Shown: piece after piece, positions 1 through 7,832 of the stretch | How positions within the stretch are numbered: position 1 is the first letter of the stretch | Layout: each line of letters starts with the position of its first letter | Origin: Escherichia phage SD6 | DNA length: 40,091 nucleotides | Sequence record: PQ821641 | Direction: 5' to 3' (one strand) | Program-made: the position numbers and the translations under genes | Notes under the pieces: model-generated | Database searches by the model: none | Seen by the model: only the letters and a program-made list of their open reading frames with translations | What the model was told of the DNA's origin: nothing

Positions 1-97
1 ACTGACCTTAGCTACTGTAGTCAAGGACTTTAGGTAACACCTTAATAGAAGCTCACTTAGGGTCATCCTACTTATTGGTCTATCCTAGTGTCGCCTG

Positions 98-496
98 ACC
101 TACGGTCCTTGACCTACAGTGGCTGTGGCCTACAGTAGTGACGATGAGTTTTGGACCAAAAGTTTGAGACCACATCTCACAGTTCAAGAACCTCAAGTCT
201 CCCCATAGGCCCTCTTTAAGTCCAGACCAAAGGCCCTACCCGTTACTGCTCCTTGCAGTCACAGCCAGTCTATCATAAGGTTGGACCGATGGTCAAGACT
301 TCAGGTCAACGATAGGTTGAGGCTATGGCTGTAGGTCGGGACGATAGGTAGGGACTATGGGTCTTCTCTGAGTCTCTATCTGTATAGTGTTATAGTATAA
401 CATTACGTCCTACACCTACAGTCTCACTAACCTACAGTCTCACTAACCTACAGTCTCAACCATAAGACACCAACACCTACAGTCACAGACCTACAG
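98..496 (+). repeat. Left-end array of about 8 short direct repeats (core ACCTACAGT, including tandem CCTACAGTCTCACTAA units)
   Basis: Copies of ACCTAC(A/G)GT read at about 98, 112, 128, 413, 430, 445, 473 and 488; the position corresponds to the CCTAAAG-type repeat array near the T7 left end. Confidence 0.55.
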
Positions 497-608
497 TTAA
501 TAGACACAAAGCTATAGACTTAAGGTCAAAGACATGTTAGTCAAAGACTATATCCTCTTACACCATGGGGCCGACGATAGCTTAATCAATATTATTTAAG
601 ATTACCTA

Positions 609-639
609 TTGACTATATGTCTAGACTATGGCCTAATAG
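609..639 (+). promoter_or_regulatory. Host sigma70 early promoter, T7 A1-like
   Basis: TTGACT -35 followed by a 17-19 nt spacer and a TAATAG-like -10; the surrounding sequence resembles the T7 A1 region; the -10 is not unambiguous. Confidence 0.4.
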
Positions 640-749
640 CTTCCGTCAACACGACACGGCAACAACCGGATAGTGAAGACGCCGGGTCATCCCGGTTAAG
701 TAGACAGCCTGATAAGTCATACGAACAACAGGCAGATGACAGAAAGTAG

Positions 750-779
750 TTGACAAGCAGTAACGATAAGATGTAAGCT
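750..779 (+). promoter_or_regulatory. Host sigma70 early promoter, T7 A2/A3-like
   Basis: TTGACA at 750-755, 18-nt spacer, TAAGCT at 774-779, then gtaccacatcgaaac, which closely matches the sequence downstream of T7 A3; upstream CCGGTTAAGTAGACAGCCTGATAAGTC also matches the T7 early region. Confidence 0.55.
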
Positions 780-948
780 GTACCACATCGAAACAACGGT
801 GACGACCAACACTGAAATGGTCTACCTGAAGTCATCTGACTGAAGGGAATGCTCTTTAACAATCTGGATAAACTCTTAATGTGCGCCGATAGCTAGCTTG
901 CTAGCGATAGCGACTAACCACAGGGTCTTTGAGTCTACATCTGAAGGC

Positions 949-969
949 CCTGACTGATAGTCACTAACT
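949..969 (+). repeat. 21-bp element CCTGACTGATAGTCACTAACT, copy 1, just upstream of the first early ORF
   Basis: Exact 21-bp direct repeat of the element at 1265-1285. Confidence 0.5.
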
Positions 970-975
970 TAACGG

Positions 976-1176
976 ATGGACACTATGAAACACTTAAGCA
1001 CAATCACTAATCACTATGAAATATTCGTGGACACTAAAGGTTATGCGTGGATTCAGCTTAAAGAGATGAGAGGAGCGCGTCACCGTATGGTAGTGCGCAA
1101 GGTCTCAAGCAAGCCGTTTAGCAACTACAGCGTAGATACTGTGCGTATAGACAACGAGATCTACCTGATAGACTAA
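976..1176 (+). CDS. Hypothetical early protein (66 aa)
   Basis: First ORF after the host promoters, + strand; no recognisable family; not acidic like Ocr. Confidence 0.5.
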   Translation: MDTMKHLSTITNHYEIFVDTKGYAWIQLKEMRGARHRMVVRKVSSKPFSNYSVDTVRIDNEIYLID

Positions 1177-1264
1177 CAGATAACCGTGAGTCCTACAGCG
1201 AGCGCCTCAGCTCCTTATTTCGCTAACTGAAAGTGATTAACTACAGGTCGTTAACTAATAGCGG

Positions 1265-1285
1265 CCTGACTGATAGTCACTAACT
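1265..1285 (+). repeat. 21-bp element CCTGACTGATAGTCACTAACT, copy 2, followed by TATAGG
   Basis: Exact repeat of 949-969; here it runs into ACTATAGGA, a partial phage-promoter core. Confidence 0.5.
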
Positions 1286-1299
1286 ATAGGATAAACAAG

Positions 1300-1488
1300 A
1301 TGGCATACCGTAAGATGACCAAAGCAGAAGTGATAGCCGAAGTTCTTGAAACTTTCCGCGAGTTCCCTGAGACTTTCAGAGGCGATGACATAGCAAAACA
1401 GCAGTATTGGAATGACTACACAGACAGTCTCTGCAAGTCTGGCATGATTTCCAAACACCAGTATAACACTTGGTCAAACCCATTCTAA
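1300..1488 (+). CDS. Hypothetical early protein (62 aa)
   Basis: ATG with AGGA about 9 nt upstream; early-region position. Confidence 0.55.
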   Translation: MAYRKMTKAEVIAEVLETFREFPETFRGDDIAKQQYWNDYTDSLCKSGMISKHQYNTWSNPF

Positions 1489-1504
1489 CGTAAGGAATAT
1501 AACC

Positions 1505-2029
1505 ATGAAACTGATAGGCAAAGGCGCGTTCACTAAGTGCTACCTGAAGGATTGCGGGAAGCGTGTTCTTCTGGTCTCTTCTGACCCGATAAAGGAGTGT
1601 ATGGCGTGGGGATGGTTCCCTGAGTCTCCACTGTTCCCTGAAGTCAAAATGATTGAGGTAGGCACGTATGAGATGGACTACATGCCACCAACGCGAGGTC
1701 TCAAGGCGCATTTAGATGATGACCAATGGCAGCTCTATCAGGTGCTGCGTGATTGCTTCTCACGGTCTCCGGTATTCTCTCGACCTGCTGAATTGTATCA
1801 CAAGTGGTACGAGATATTCCAAGATGCACACGACAGGTCTGCGTCTGAGACTGTGCGGGAGGGCCTGATGGATGTGCTGATGGCTCTGGATGCTTGCGCT
1901 AACTTCGGGCCAGACATTCAGTTTGAGATAAGCCCACGAAATGTACGGGCTGTGAATGGTAAGCTGATACTAGTGGATTGTTTTTTCCTTATGTCCAAAC
2001 TGCAAGAGGTGAGGTCATCAAGATGGTAA
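1505..2029 (+). CDS. Putative protein kinase-like early protein (short gp0.7-like)
   Basis: 174 aa; N-terminal IGKGAFTKCY resembles a Gly-rich loop and C-terminal ISPRNV...LILVDCFF resembles catalytic-loop/DFG-like motifs; position matches T7 gene 0.7; function tentative. Confidence 0.55.
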   Translation: MKLIGKGAFTKCYLKDCGKRVLLVSSDPIKECMAWGWFPESPLFPEVKMIEVGTYEMDYMPPTRGLKAHLDDDQWQLYQVLRDCFSRSPVFSRPAELYHKWYEIFQDAHDRSASETVREGLMDVLMALDACANFGPDIQFEISPRNVRAVNGKLILVDCFFLMSKLQEVRSSRW

Positions 2030-2199
2030 CTTATGGTCTCTGCCAGCACCACGTCGCCAACGCCCGGCTTATGGTCAGGACCGGGCAGTTAAACCATGAT
2101 GCGACTATGCGTCTCCTGAAAGCGGTCTACGAGGGCCGCAAGCTCATACACGACGCTTACACGCTGAGGACAGGTAAACATGTACCAGATAACTTATAG
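2023..2199 (+). CDS. Hypothetical small early protein (58 aa)
   Basis: ATG at 2023 overlaps the upstream stop (ATGGTAA), suggesting translational coupling; the ORF track begins this frame at a TTG at 1978. Confidence 0.4.
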   Translation: MVTYGLCQHHVANARLMVRTGQLNHDATMRLLKAVYEGRKLIHDAYTLRTGKHVPDNL

Positions 2200-2305
2200 C
2201 AGTGAACAGGCGTTCTACGAGGGATGCTACGAGATGATGAAGCGCGGGGCTTGCTATGTGGCTAATCACCATAGCCTGACCATAACGCTGACAGGTGGAT
2301 ACTGA
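2180..2305 (+). CDS. Hypothetical small early protein (41 aa)
   Basis: ATG with GAGGA about 9 nt upstream; below the ORF-track size cut-off; weak call. Confidence 0.25.
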   Translation: MYQITYSSEQAFYEGCYEMMKRGACYVANHHSLTITLTGGY

Positions 2306-2376
2306 GCGATAGACGAGAGGTCATCTAACTGATAGGTGGCCTCAAAGATTATCACTTAAATTGATAGGAGTTAACT

Positions 2377-2481
2377 ATGAGCACTGCAATCATCTGGACT
2401 ATCTCAGGCTTCGTAGCGTGGGGAATGTTTACTCTAGTAGGCAAACTACCAGTACTTACTCAACTGTTATGGGGTTTATGA
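2377..2481 (+). CDS. Hypothetical small hydrophobic peptide (34 aa)
   Basis: AGGAG 6-7 nt upstream of the ATG; hydrophobic sequence MSTAIIWTISGFVAWGMFTLVG...; its stop overlaps the next start. Confidence 0.35.
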   Translation: MSTAIIWTISGFVAWGMFTLVGKLPVLTQLLWGL

Positions 2482-2681
2482 CTATGGATATCGCACTATT
2501 GATAGCCATAGGCTATGGACTTATAGTCTACGTGCTGGTGAGAGACATCAACAAAGCGCGTAAAGTCTACAAATTCAACTATGTACGTCTGGGTCGCTGG
2601 ACTGTGCGCCAACCTAACGGACAATTCGTGCGCAACTTAGCGAACGTCTGGGATATAGCAACACTTGGGAGCAAACTATAA
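2478..2681 (+). CDS. Hypothetical small membrane protein (67 aa)
   Basis: ATGA overlap with the upstream ORF; predicted transmembrane segment IALLIAIGYGLIVYVLV. Confidence 0.45.
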   Translation: MTMDIALLIAIGYGLIVYVLVRDINKARKVYKFNYVRLGRWTVRQPNGQFVRNLANVWDIATLGSKL

Positions 2682-3007
2682 TGAACAAGTCATACGGGAT
2701 CAATCTGGTACACTCTATGGACGCAGACATGCAAATGCTAAGCCTACTGGCTACCGGGTATCGTCACGGAACGTCAAGTCACTCCGCACGTCAACAGCAG
2801 GAGAGGGACCGGGTACTGCAAGCAAGACTCCGGGCTGAGGGACATAAGTCCGAACTGATGTGTCTGGCGTATGGTGGACGACCAATCGCCGACGATGGTA
2901 AACTTCTGGTCTCAGGCTGGAAGGCGATAGACCAACGGTCAACCCTCAAGCACACGACTCACGGTGACTTCAGTCATCTTCACGCTAACCCACTGATATG
3001 CAAGTAA
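2681..3007 (+). CDS. Hypothetical early protein (108 aa)
   Basis: TAATG overlap with the upstream ORF; no recognisable family. Confidence 0.5.
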   Translation: MNKSYGINLVHSMDADMQMLSLLATGYRHGTSSHSARQQQERDRVLQARLRAEGHKSELMCLAYGGRPIADDGKLLVSGWKAIDQRSTLKHTTHGDFSHLHANPLICK

Positions 3008-3014
3008 TTCTGAC

Positions 3015-3034
3015 TTAACTATCACTATAGGACT
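3015..3034 (+). promoter_or_regulatory. Phage-RNAP promoter-like sequence directly upstream of the RNAP gene
   Basis: TTAACTATCACTATAGGACT shares the upstream half with the promoters at 26425 and 39668 and the ACTATAGG core with all others. Confidence 0.5.
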
Positions 3035-3100
3035 CAAGGTCTAAGACTCCAAGTGAAAGACCAAAGAGACTCTAAGTGAAAGACTAATAACAAGGACTTT
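3031..3100 (+). promoter_or_regulatory. Possible RNase III processing site (R1-like) in the RNAP leader
   Basis: Contains the GACTCAAGGT motif shared with the other putative RNase III hairpins, plus internal repeats CTAAGACTCCAAGTGAAAGAC / CTCTAAGTGAAAGAC. Confidence 0.3.
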
Positions 3101-3104
3101 AAGT

Positions 3105-5786
3105 ATGAGCGTCATCTCTATTGACAAACACGACTTCTCTGATGTGTCGAACGCTATTGAGCCGTTCAACCTGCTGGCTGACCATTACGGGCAAGACCTT
3201 GCAGTCAAACAGCTTCAACTTGAGCATGAGGCATATAGTGAAGGCGAGCGACGTTTCATCAAGAACCTTGAGCGCCAGACAGAGCGCGGGGAACTGGCAG
3301 ACAATCAGGTCGCCAAGCCTTTGATGCAGACTCTGGTCCCTAAGATTGCGCAAGCCGTCAAGGAGTGGCATGAAGGTCCAGACGGGAAGCTGTCAACCTC
3401 TCGTCCTAGCGTAGCGTTCACCATGTTGAGCACTGAAGAGAAGGCCGTCAAGGACCGCTCTCTGCGTATCTCTTGCGAGTCTGCTGCAGTTATTATACTG
3501 AAGGTCATCCTCTCCAAGCTGGTCAAGCCTGAAGGGATACCGATTACACCGATGGCCTCAGCGATAGGTCGCACACTTGAGGACGAAATCCGATTCGGTC
3601 GCATCCGTGACAAGGAGAAGGAGCACTTCAAGAAGGCGATAGCTGAGAACCTGAACAAGCGAGCTGGGGCATCCTACAAGAAAGCCTACATGCAAGCGGT
3701 TGAGGCCTCCATGCTGGAGCAGGGCCAACTGGAAGATGCGTGGGGTACTTGGAGTCCGACCGAGGCGGTACACGTTGGAATCAAGATGCTTGAGATTGTC
3801 ATCCAGTCCACACAACTGGTCGAGCTTAAGCGTTATGGTGCTGGCAATGCAGCGGCTGATGTTGAGATGGTCCACCTGTCAGACTTCTGGGTCAAGAAGA
3901 TGGCACAACGAGGATTCAGCCTTGCGGGTATCGCTCCAGTCTACCAACCTTGCGTCGTTCCACCTAAGCCGTGGACTGGTGTCGTAGGCGGGGGGTATTG
4001 GGCCAAAGGACGCAGACCTCTACCACTGATTCGCTTAGGGTCTAAGTCTGCGGTGGCACGTTACGAAGACGTGTACATGCCTGAAGTCTATGACGCTGTG
4101 AATATCATCCAGAATACACCTTGGAAGGTGAACAAGAAGGTTCTGGACGTGGTGAACATGGTTGAGAAGTTGAACAACACGCCTATTGATGACATCCCTC
4201 AGATGGAGCCATTGAAGCCTGAAGACTATGCGGGTGAGACTGAAGAGGAGCTCAAGGCATGGAAGAAATCTGCTGCTGGTATCTACCGCCGAGAGAAGGC
4301 CCGGCAGTCACGCAGATTGTCACTGAGCTTTATCGTTAACCAAGCGAACAAGTTCTCTCAGTTCAAGGCCATCTGGTTCCCATACAACATGGACTGGCGC
4401 GGTCGAGTCTACGCTGTACCGATGTTCAACCCTCAGGGTAACGACATGCAGAAGGGTCTCCTTACTCTGGCAGTCGGTAAGCCTATTGGTGCTGATGGTT
4501 TCAAATGGCTGAAGGTCCACGGTGCAAACTGCGCGGGTGTCGATAAAGTCACCTTCGAGGAGCGAATCAAGTGGGTGGAAGACAACCACGACAATATCAT
4601 GTCTGCTGCTAAGGCACCGATGGATAGTATTGAGTGGTGGGGCAAGCTAGACTCTCCGTTCTGCTTCCTTGCGTTCTGCTTCGAGTATGCTGGCGTAATG
4701 CACCACGGCTTGTCTTACTCCTGCTCGCTGCCGATAGCGTTCGATGGGTCCTGCTCTGGGATTCAGCACTTCAGCGCGATGCTTCGTGACCACATTGGTG
4801 GACATGCAGTGAACCTGACGCCATCCGGTAAGGTCCAAGACATCTACCGCATCGTGTCTGATCGCATTGAGGAGGAGCTTAAAGTCCTGCTGGTTAACGG
4901 TACTGACAACGAGGTGGTTACCCACGAGGACAAGAAAACTGGTGAGATTACCGAGCGTATCAAGCTAGGGACACGAGAGCTGGCCCGTCAGTGGCTGACC
5001 TACGGTATGTCACGCAAGGTGACTAAGCGTTCGGTCATGACTCTGGCCTACGGGTCGAAAGAGTATGGCTTCGCAGACCAAGTTTACGAGGACATCGTGA
5101 TGCCAGCGATTGACTCAGGGTCTGGAGCTATGTTCACTGAACCAAGCCAAGCATCTCGCTTCATGGCTAAGATGATCTGGGAAGCTGTGAGTGTGACCGT
5201 AGTTGCTGCGGTTGACGCGATGAAGTGGCTTCAAGGTGCTGCCAAGCTGCTGGCTGCTGAAGTGAAGGACAAGAAGACTGGAGAAATCCTGAAGCCTTGC
5301 CTTCCGGTACACTGGGTCACACCTGATGGTTTCCCGGTCTGGCAGGAATACCGCAAGAAGGATACCACTCGTCTGAATCTGATGTTCTTAGGTTCATTCA
5401 ACCTTCAACCTACGGTCAACAAAGGCGCGAAGAAAGAGCTGGATAAGCACAAGCAGGAGTCAGGCATTAGCCCGAACTTCGTCCACTCACAAGATGGTAG
5501 CCACCTACGCAAGACTGTAGTCCACACTCATCGCAAGTATGGCGTGATGTCATTCGCAGTGATTCATGATAGCTTTGGGACCATCCCTGCTGACGCTGAG
5601 TATCTATTCCGTGGTGTCCGTGAGACGATGGTCGAGACCTACCGCGACAACGATGTGCTGCTTGACTTCTATGAGCAGTTCGAATACCAGCTTCATGAGA
5701 GTCAGCGCGACAAGTTACCTGAGCTTCCGAAGAAAGGTAAACTGAATATCGAAGACATCTTGTCTTCAGACTTTGCATTCGCTTAA
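3105..5786 (+). CDS. T7-type single-subunit DNA-directed RNA polymerase (gene 1)
   Basis: 893 aa, collinear with T7 RNAP from the N terminus (FSD...FN.LADHYG) to the C-terminal SDFAFA, including the PCVVPPKPWTG and IHDSFGT motifs. Confidence 0.98.
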   Translation: MSVISIDKHDFSDVSNAIEPFNLLADHYGQDLAVKQLQLEHEAYSEGERRFIKNLERQTERGELADNQVAKPLMQTLVPKIAQAVKEWHEGPDGKLSTSRPSVAFTMLSTEEKAVKDRSLRISCESAAVIILKVILSKLVKPEGIPITPMASAIGRTLEDEIRFGRIRDKEKEHFKKAIAENLNKRAGASYKKAYMQAVEASMLEQGQLEDAWGTWSPTEAVHVGIKMLEIVIQSTQLVELKRYGAGNAAADVEMVHLSDFWVKKMAQRGFSLAGIAPVYQPCVVPPKPWTGVVGGGYWAKGRRPLPLIRLGSKSAVARYEDVYMPEVYDAVNIIQNTPWKVNKKVLDVVNMVEKLNNTPIDDIPQMEPLKPEDYAGETEEELKAWKKSAAGIYRREKARQSRRLSLSFIVNQANKFSQFKAIWFPYNMDWRGRVYAVPMFNPQGNDMQKGLLTLAVGKPIGADGFKWLKVHGANCAGVDKVTFEERIKWVEDNHDNIMSAAKAPMDSIEWWGKLDSPFCFLAFCFEYAGVMHHGLSYSCSLPIAFDGSCSGIQHFSAMLRDHIGGHAVNLTPSGKVQDIYRIVSDRIEEELKVLLVNGTDNEVVTHEDKKTGEITERIKLGTRELARQWLTYGMSRKVTKRSVMTLAYGSKEYGFADQVYEDIVMPAIDSGSGAMFTEPSQASRFMAKMIWEAVSVTVVAAVDAMKWLQGAAKLLAAEVKDKKTGEILKPCLPVHWVTPDGFPVWQEYRKKDTTRLNLMFLGSFNLQPTVNKGAKKELDKHKQESGISPNFVHSQDGSHLRKTVVHTHRKYGVMSFAVIHDSFGTIPADAEYLFRGVRETMVETYRDNDVLLDFYEQFEYQLHESQRDKLPELPKKGKLNIEDILSSDFAFA

Positions 5787-5802
5787 CAACAGGAGAGACA
5801 AC

Positions 5803-6003
5803 ATGCAATTCGCACACCGTGTATCAAACGTATCTGGTGGCAACAAGGTAGTGACCGTAACCTCAGTGGCGGGCAAAGGTCTGGTCAAGGTGACTATGGT
5901 CCCGACTGGAACGGCTAAGGACAAAGGTATCAGCCATAAGGAGCTGATTCAGGTGATCCAGTGGGCACACGAGAAGGCCCTACGGGAAGAGGCAACCAAA
6001 TGA
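5803..6003 (+). CDS. Hypothetical protein (66 aa)
   Basis: ATG at 5803 with AGGAGA 6 nt upstream, immediately after the RNAP gene. Confidence 0.55.
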   Translation: MQFAHRVSNVSGGNKVVTVTSVAGKGLVKVTMVPTGTAKDKGISHKELIQVIQWAHEKALREEATK

Positions 6004-6077
6004 CAGACCTACAGTTACTGGCCTTGTGGCTGGGAGCACTAGCAGTATTCACTTTAATCCGACGCAGAAGAGGTTAA
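6000..6077 (+). CDS. Hypothetical small transmembrane peptide (25 aa)
   Basis: ATGA overlap with the upstream stop; hydrophobic core followed by RRRRG; weak call. Confidence 0.25.
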   Translation: MTDLQLLALWLGALAVFTLIRRRRG

Positions 6078-6100
6078 CCTAAACTATCACTATAGGATTA
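6078..6100 (+). promoter_or_regulatory. Phage promoter (phi1.1-like)
   Basis: CCTAAACTATCACTATAGGATTA matches the window-wide promoter consensus. Confidence 0.7.
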
Positions 6101-6145
6101 GACTCAAGGTCATGACTCAAAGTCGTGGCCTTCATGATTAACCCT
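6101..6145 (+). promoter_or_regulatory. Putative RNase III site (R1.1-like hairpin)
   Basis: GACTCAAGGTCAT...GTGGCCTTCATGATTA; AAGGUCA can pair with UGGCCUU; same architecture as the elements at 13588 and 37264; T7 has R1.1 at this position. Confidence 0.5.
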
Positions 6146-6171
6146 ATAACCTAAACAACTGGAGCTACAAC

Positions 6172-6351
6172 ATGTATCAGAACACTATCAACTTCGAGCG
6201 CATCCGTGAACGTCAGAAGACTGAAGGTTACATTCCGAAGGGCCGCAAGCTGAACAAGACCAAGCGTGGCGGCGGTGTCAAGGGTGCCTTCCGTAACGCT
6301 GAGGGTAAAGACTCTCTGGTTAACCAAGCGAAATACTTCGCAGGAGCATAA
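6172..6351 (+). CDS. gp1.1-like small basic protein
   Basis: 59 aa; contains KGRKLNKTKR, as in T7 gp1.1; correct syntenic position. Confidence 0.65.
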   Translation: MYQNTINFERIRERQKTEGYIPKGRKLNKTKRGGGVKGAFRNAEGKDSLVNQAKYFAGA

Positions 6352-6355
6352 TGAT

Positions 6356-6643
6356 ATGGGAATGTTCTCAAGAGCACATAGTGGAAACCTGAACACCCTG
6401 CGTAAAGCCATCCACAACTGGCAGTCCGAGACAGACTATAACGCAGTGGTCAGCACTTGGTTTGACACGGTGATGAACAGGCACTGCGTCCGGGCGGTTA
6501 TAGTCCACATTCATACACGAGAGGTCCTCATCGAGAAGGACTTCACGGACTACCCGAATATCCACGACGAAGATGTGCAGACAGTAGCGGTTGCCACTTG
6601 GTTTAACAAACAGTTCAACGACTACACTGGTCGATTCCTTTAA
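6356..6643 (+). CDS. gp1.2-like protein (putative host dGTPase inhibitor)
   Basis: 95 aa from ATG 6356 with AGGAG about 9 nt upstream; SGNL and HDEDV motifs as in T7 gp1.2; the ORF track extends this frame upstream from a GTG. Confidence 0.7.
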   Translation: MGMFSRAHSGNLNTLRKAIHNWQSETDYNAVVSTWFDTVMNRHCVRAVIVHIHTREVLIEKDFTDYPNIHDEDVQTVAVATWFNKQFNDYTGRFL

Positions 6644-6660
6644 TTCTGGAGACACTAACG

Positions 6661-7701
6661 ATGACAACTATCAAAACTAACCCGCACCGCGCTGTAGATT
6701 ACTCTGAGTCTGGCATTAAGAAGGCACTGGAAGCAGCCGGGTCTCTGGAAGCTGAAGTGAAGTATGATGGTGTCAGGTTGAATATTCCGGTGCTGCGAGA
6801 GGGTGAGACCTATTGGTTAAGCCGTGAGTCTAAACCGCTTCCAGCACTGGAGTGGATGAACTCTGAGTTAGGCAATGCGTGGACTCAAGCTGACTGGCGA
6901 TGGTTCCTGCGTCAAGCTGGGTACGAAGGCGTGGGCCTGATGATTGACGGAGAGGTCATGGTAAAAGGTGTTGACTTTAACACGTCTTCCGGTCTCATCC
7001 GAACGAAGTGGCTGAAGCCTAGCAACGAGGAGTTCGCTGAATGTTATCCGGGCCGTGGCAAGAAGGTCCCATTCTGGGTCGCACGGTCACTACTTCAGGT
7101 TGTGGTATATGGCGTTGTTGATATGACAACCATAGCAGACCCGAAAGCCGAAGGTCCTATCCATAGCGTAACCCGACTGAAGGCCGAAGCCATCGTCCCT
7201 CTCCTCCAGAAATACTTCCCGGAAATCGACTGGGTTCTGTCTGAGTCACACACGGTCTACGACCTTGAGTCGCTCAACTCCCTGTACGAAGAGAAGCGTC
7301 TTGAAGGACATGAGGGTCTGGTAGTCAAGGACCCGCTTGGTAAATACAAGCGTGGCAAGAAGTCAGGCATGTGGAAGATGAAGCCTGAGGAGACCATCGA
7401 CGGGACCGTGTGTGGACTCGTGTGGGGGACTCCGGGAAAGGCTAACGAAGGTAAGGTGATTGGCTTCGAGGTGCTGCTTGAGGATGGCATGATGGTTAAC
7501 GCCTGCGGTCTGACTGAAGAACAGAAGGATGAGTTTACGGAAGCCTGTAACACTGATACATATATTCTCGGTGGAATCAATCCATACGAAGGATGGCAGT
7601 GTGAAGTCCTCTTCATGGAGCGGTTCCCAGATGGTTCCCTTCGTCATCCTAGCTTCAAGTGCTGGCGTGGAACGGAAGACAATCCAACCGTTAAGAGTTA
7701 A
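6661..7701 (+). CDS. ATP-dependent DNA ligase (gene 1.3)
   Basis: 346 aa; T7-ligase-like IKTNP...KYDGVR (adenylation lysine), GEVMVKGVDFNTSSGL, EGHEGLVVKDP and GSLRHPSF motifs. Confidence 0.97.
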   Translation: MTTIKTNPHRAVDYSESGIKKALEAAGSLEAEVKYDGVRLNIPVLREGETYWLSRESKPLPALEWMNSELGNAWTQADWRWFLRQAGYEGVGLMIDGEVMVKGVDFNTSSGLIRTKWLKPSNEEFAECYPGRGKKVPFWVARSLLQVVVYGVVDMTTIADPKAEGPIHSVTRLKAEAIVPLLQKYFPEIDWVLSESHTVYDLESLNSLYEEKRLEGHEGLVVKDPLGKYKRGKKSGMWKMKPEETIDGTVCGLVWGTPGKANEGKVIGFEVLLEDGMMVNACGLTEEQKDEFTEACNTDTYILGGINPYEGWQCEVLFMERFPDGSLRHPSFKCWRGTEDNPTVKS

Positions 7702-7712
7702 CTAAACGTCAA

Positions 7713-7753
7713 CCCAGTGGTCTTCTGACTGCTGGGATTCTTTGCTTTGTGTT
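7713..7753 (+). terminator. Putative early intrinsic terminator (TE-like) after the ligase gene
   Basis: Hairpin CCCAGUGG-loop-CUGCUGGG with G-U pairs, followed by the U-rich AUUCUUUGCUUUGUGUU; T7 TE lies at the equivalent position. Confidence 0.45.
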
Positions 7754-7784
7754 AGCAAGATATTGTCCGGCCGGCGGCCTGAAC

Positions 7785-7803
7785 CTAAACTATCACTGTA
7801 GGA
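7785..7803 (+). promoter_or_regulatory. Phage promoter, ACTGTAGG variant
   Basis: CCTAAACTATCACTGTAGGACAA. Confidence 0.6.
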
Positions 7804-7832
7804 CAACCATAACCGACCAAAGGAGAAACCTT

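Noticed and set aside
1978-2199. TTG-initiated ORF overlapping the kinase-like gene, and a possible frameshift at the T7 run near 1981-1987 joining the two
   Set aside because: The downstream frame has its own ATG at 2023 overlapping the upstream stop (ATGGTAA), so translational coupling of two separate genes is the simpler reading. No extended homology argues for a fusion.
3121-3987. Alternative + strand frames inside the RNAP gene (3121..3324, 3700..3987)
   Set aside because: Shadow ORFs within a gene whose own frame is confirmed by end-to-end homology to T7 RNAP.
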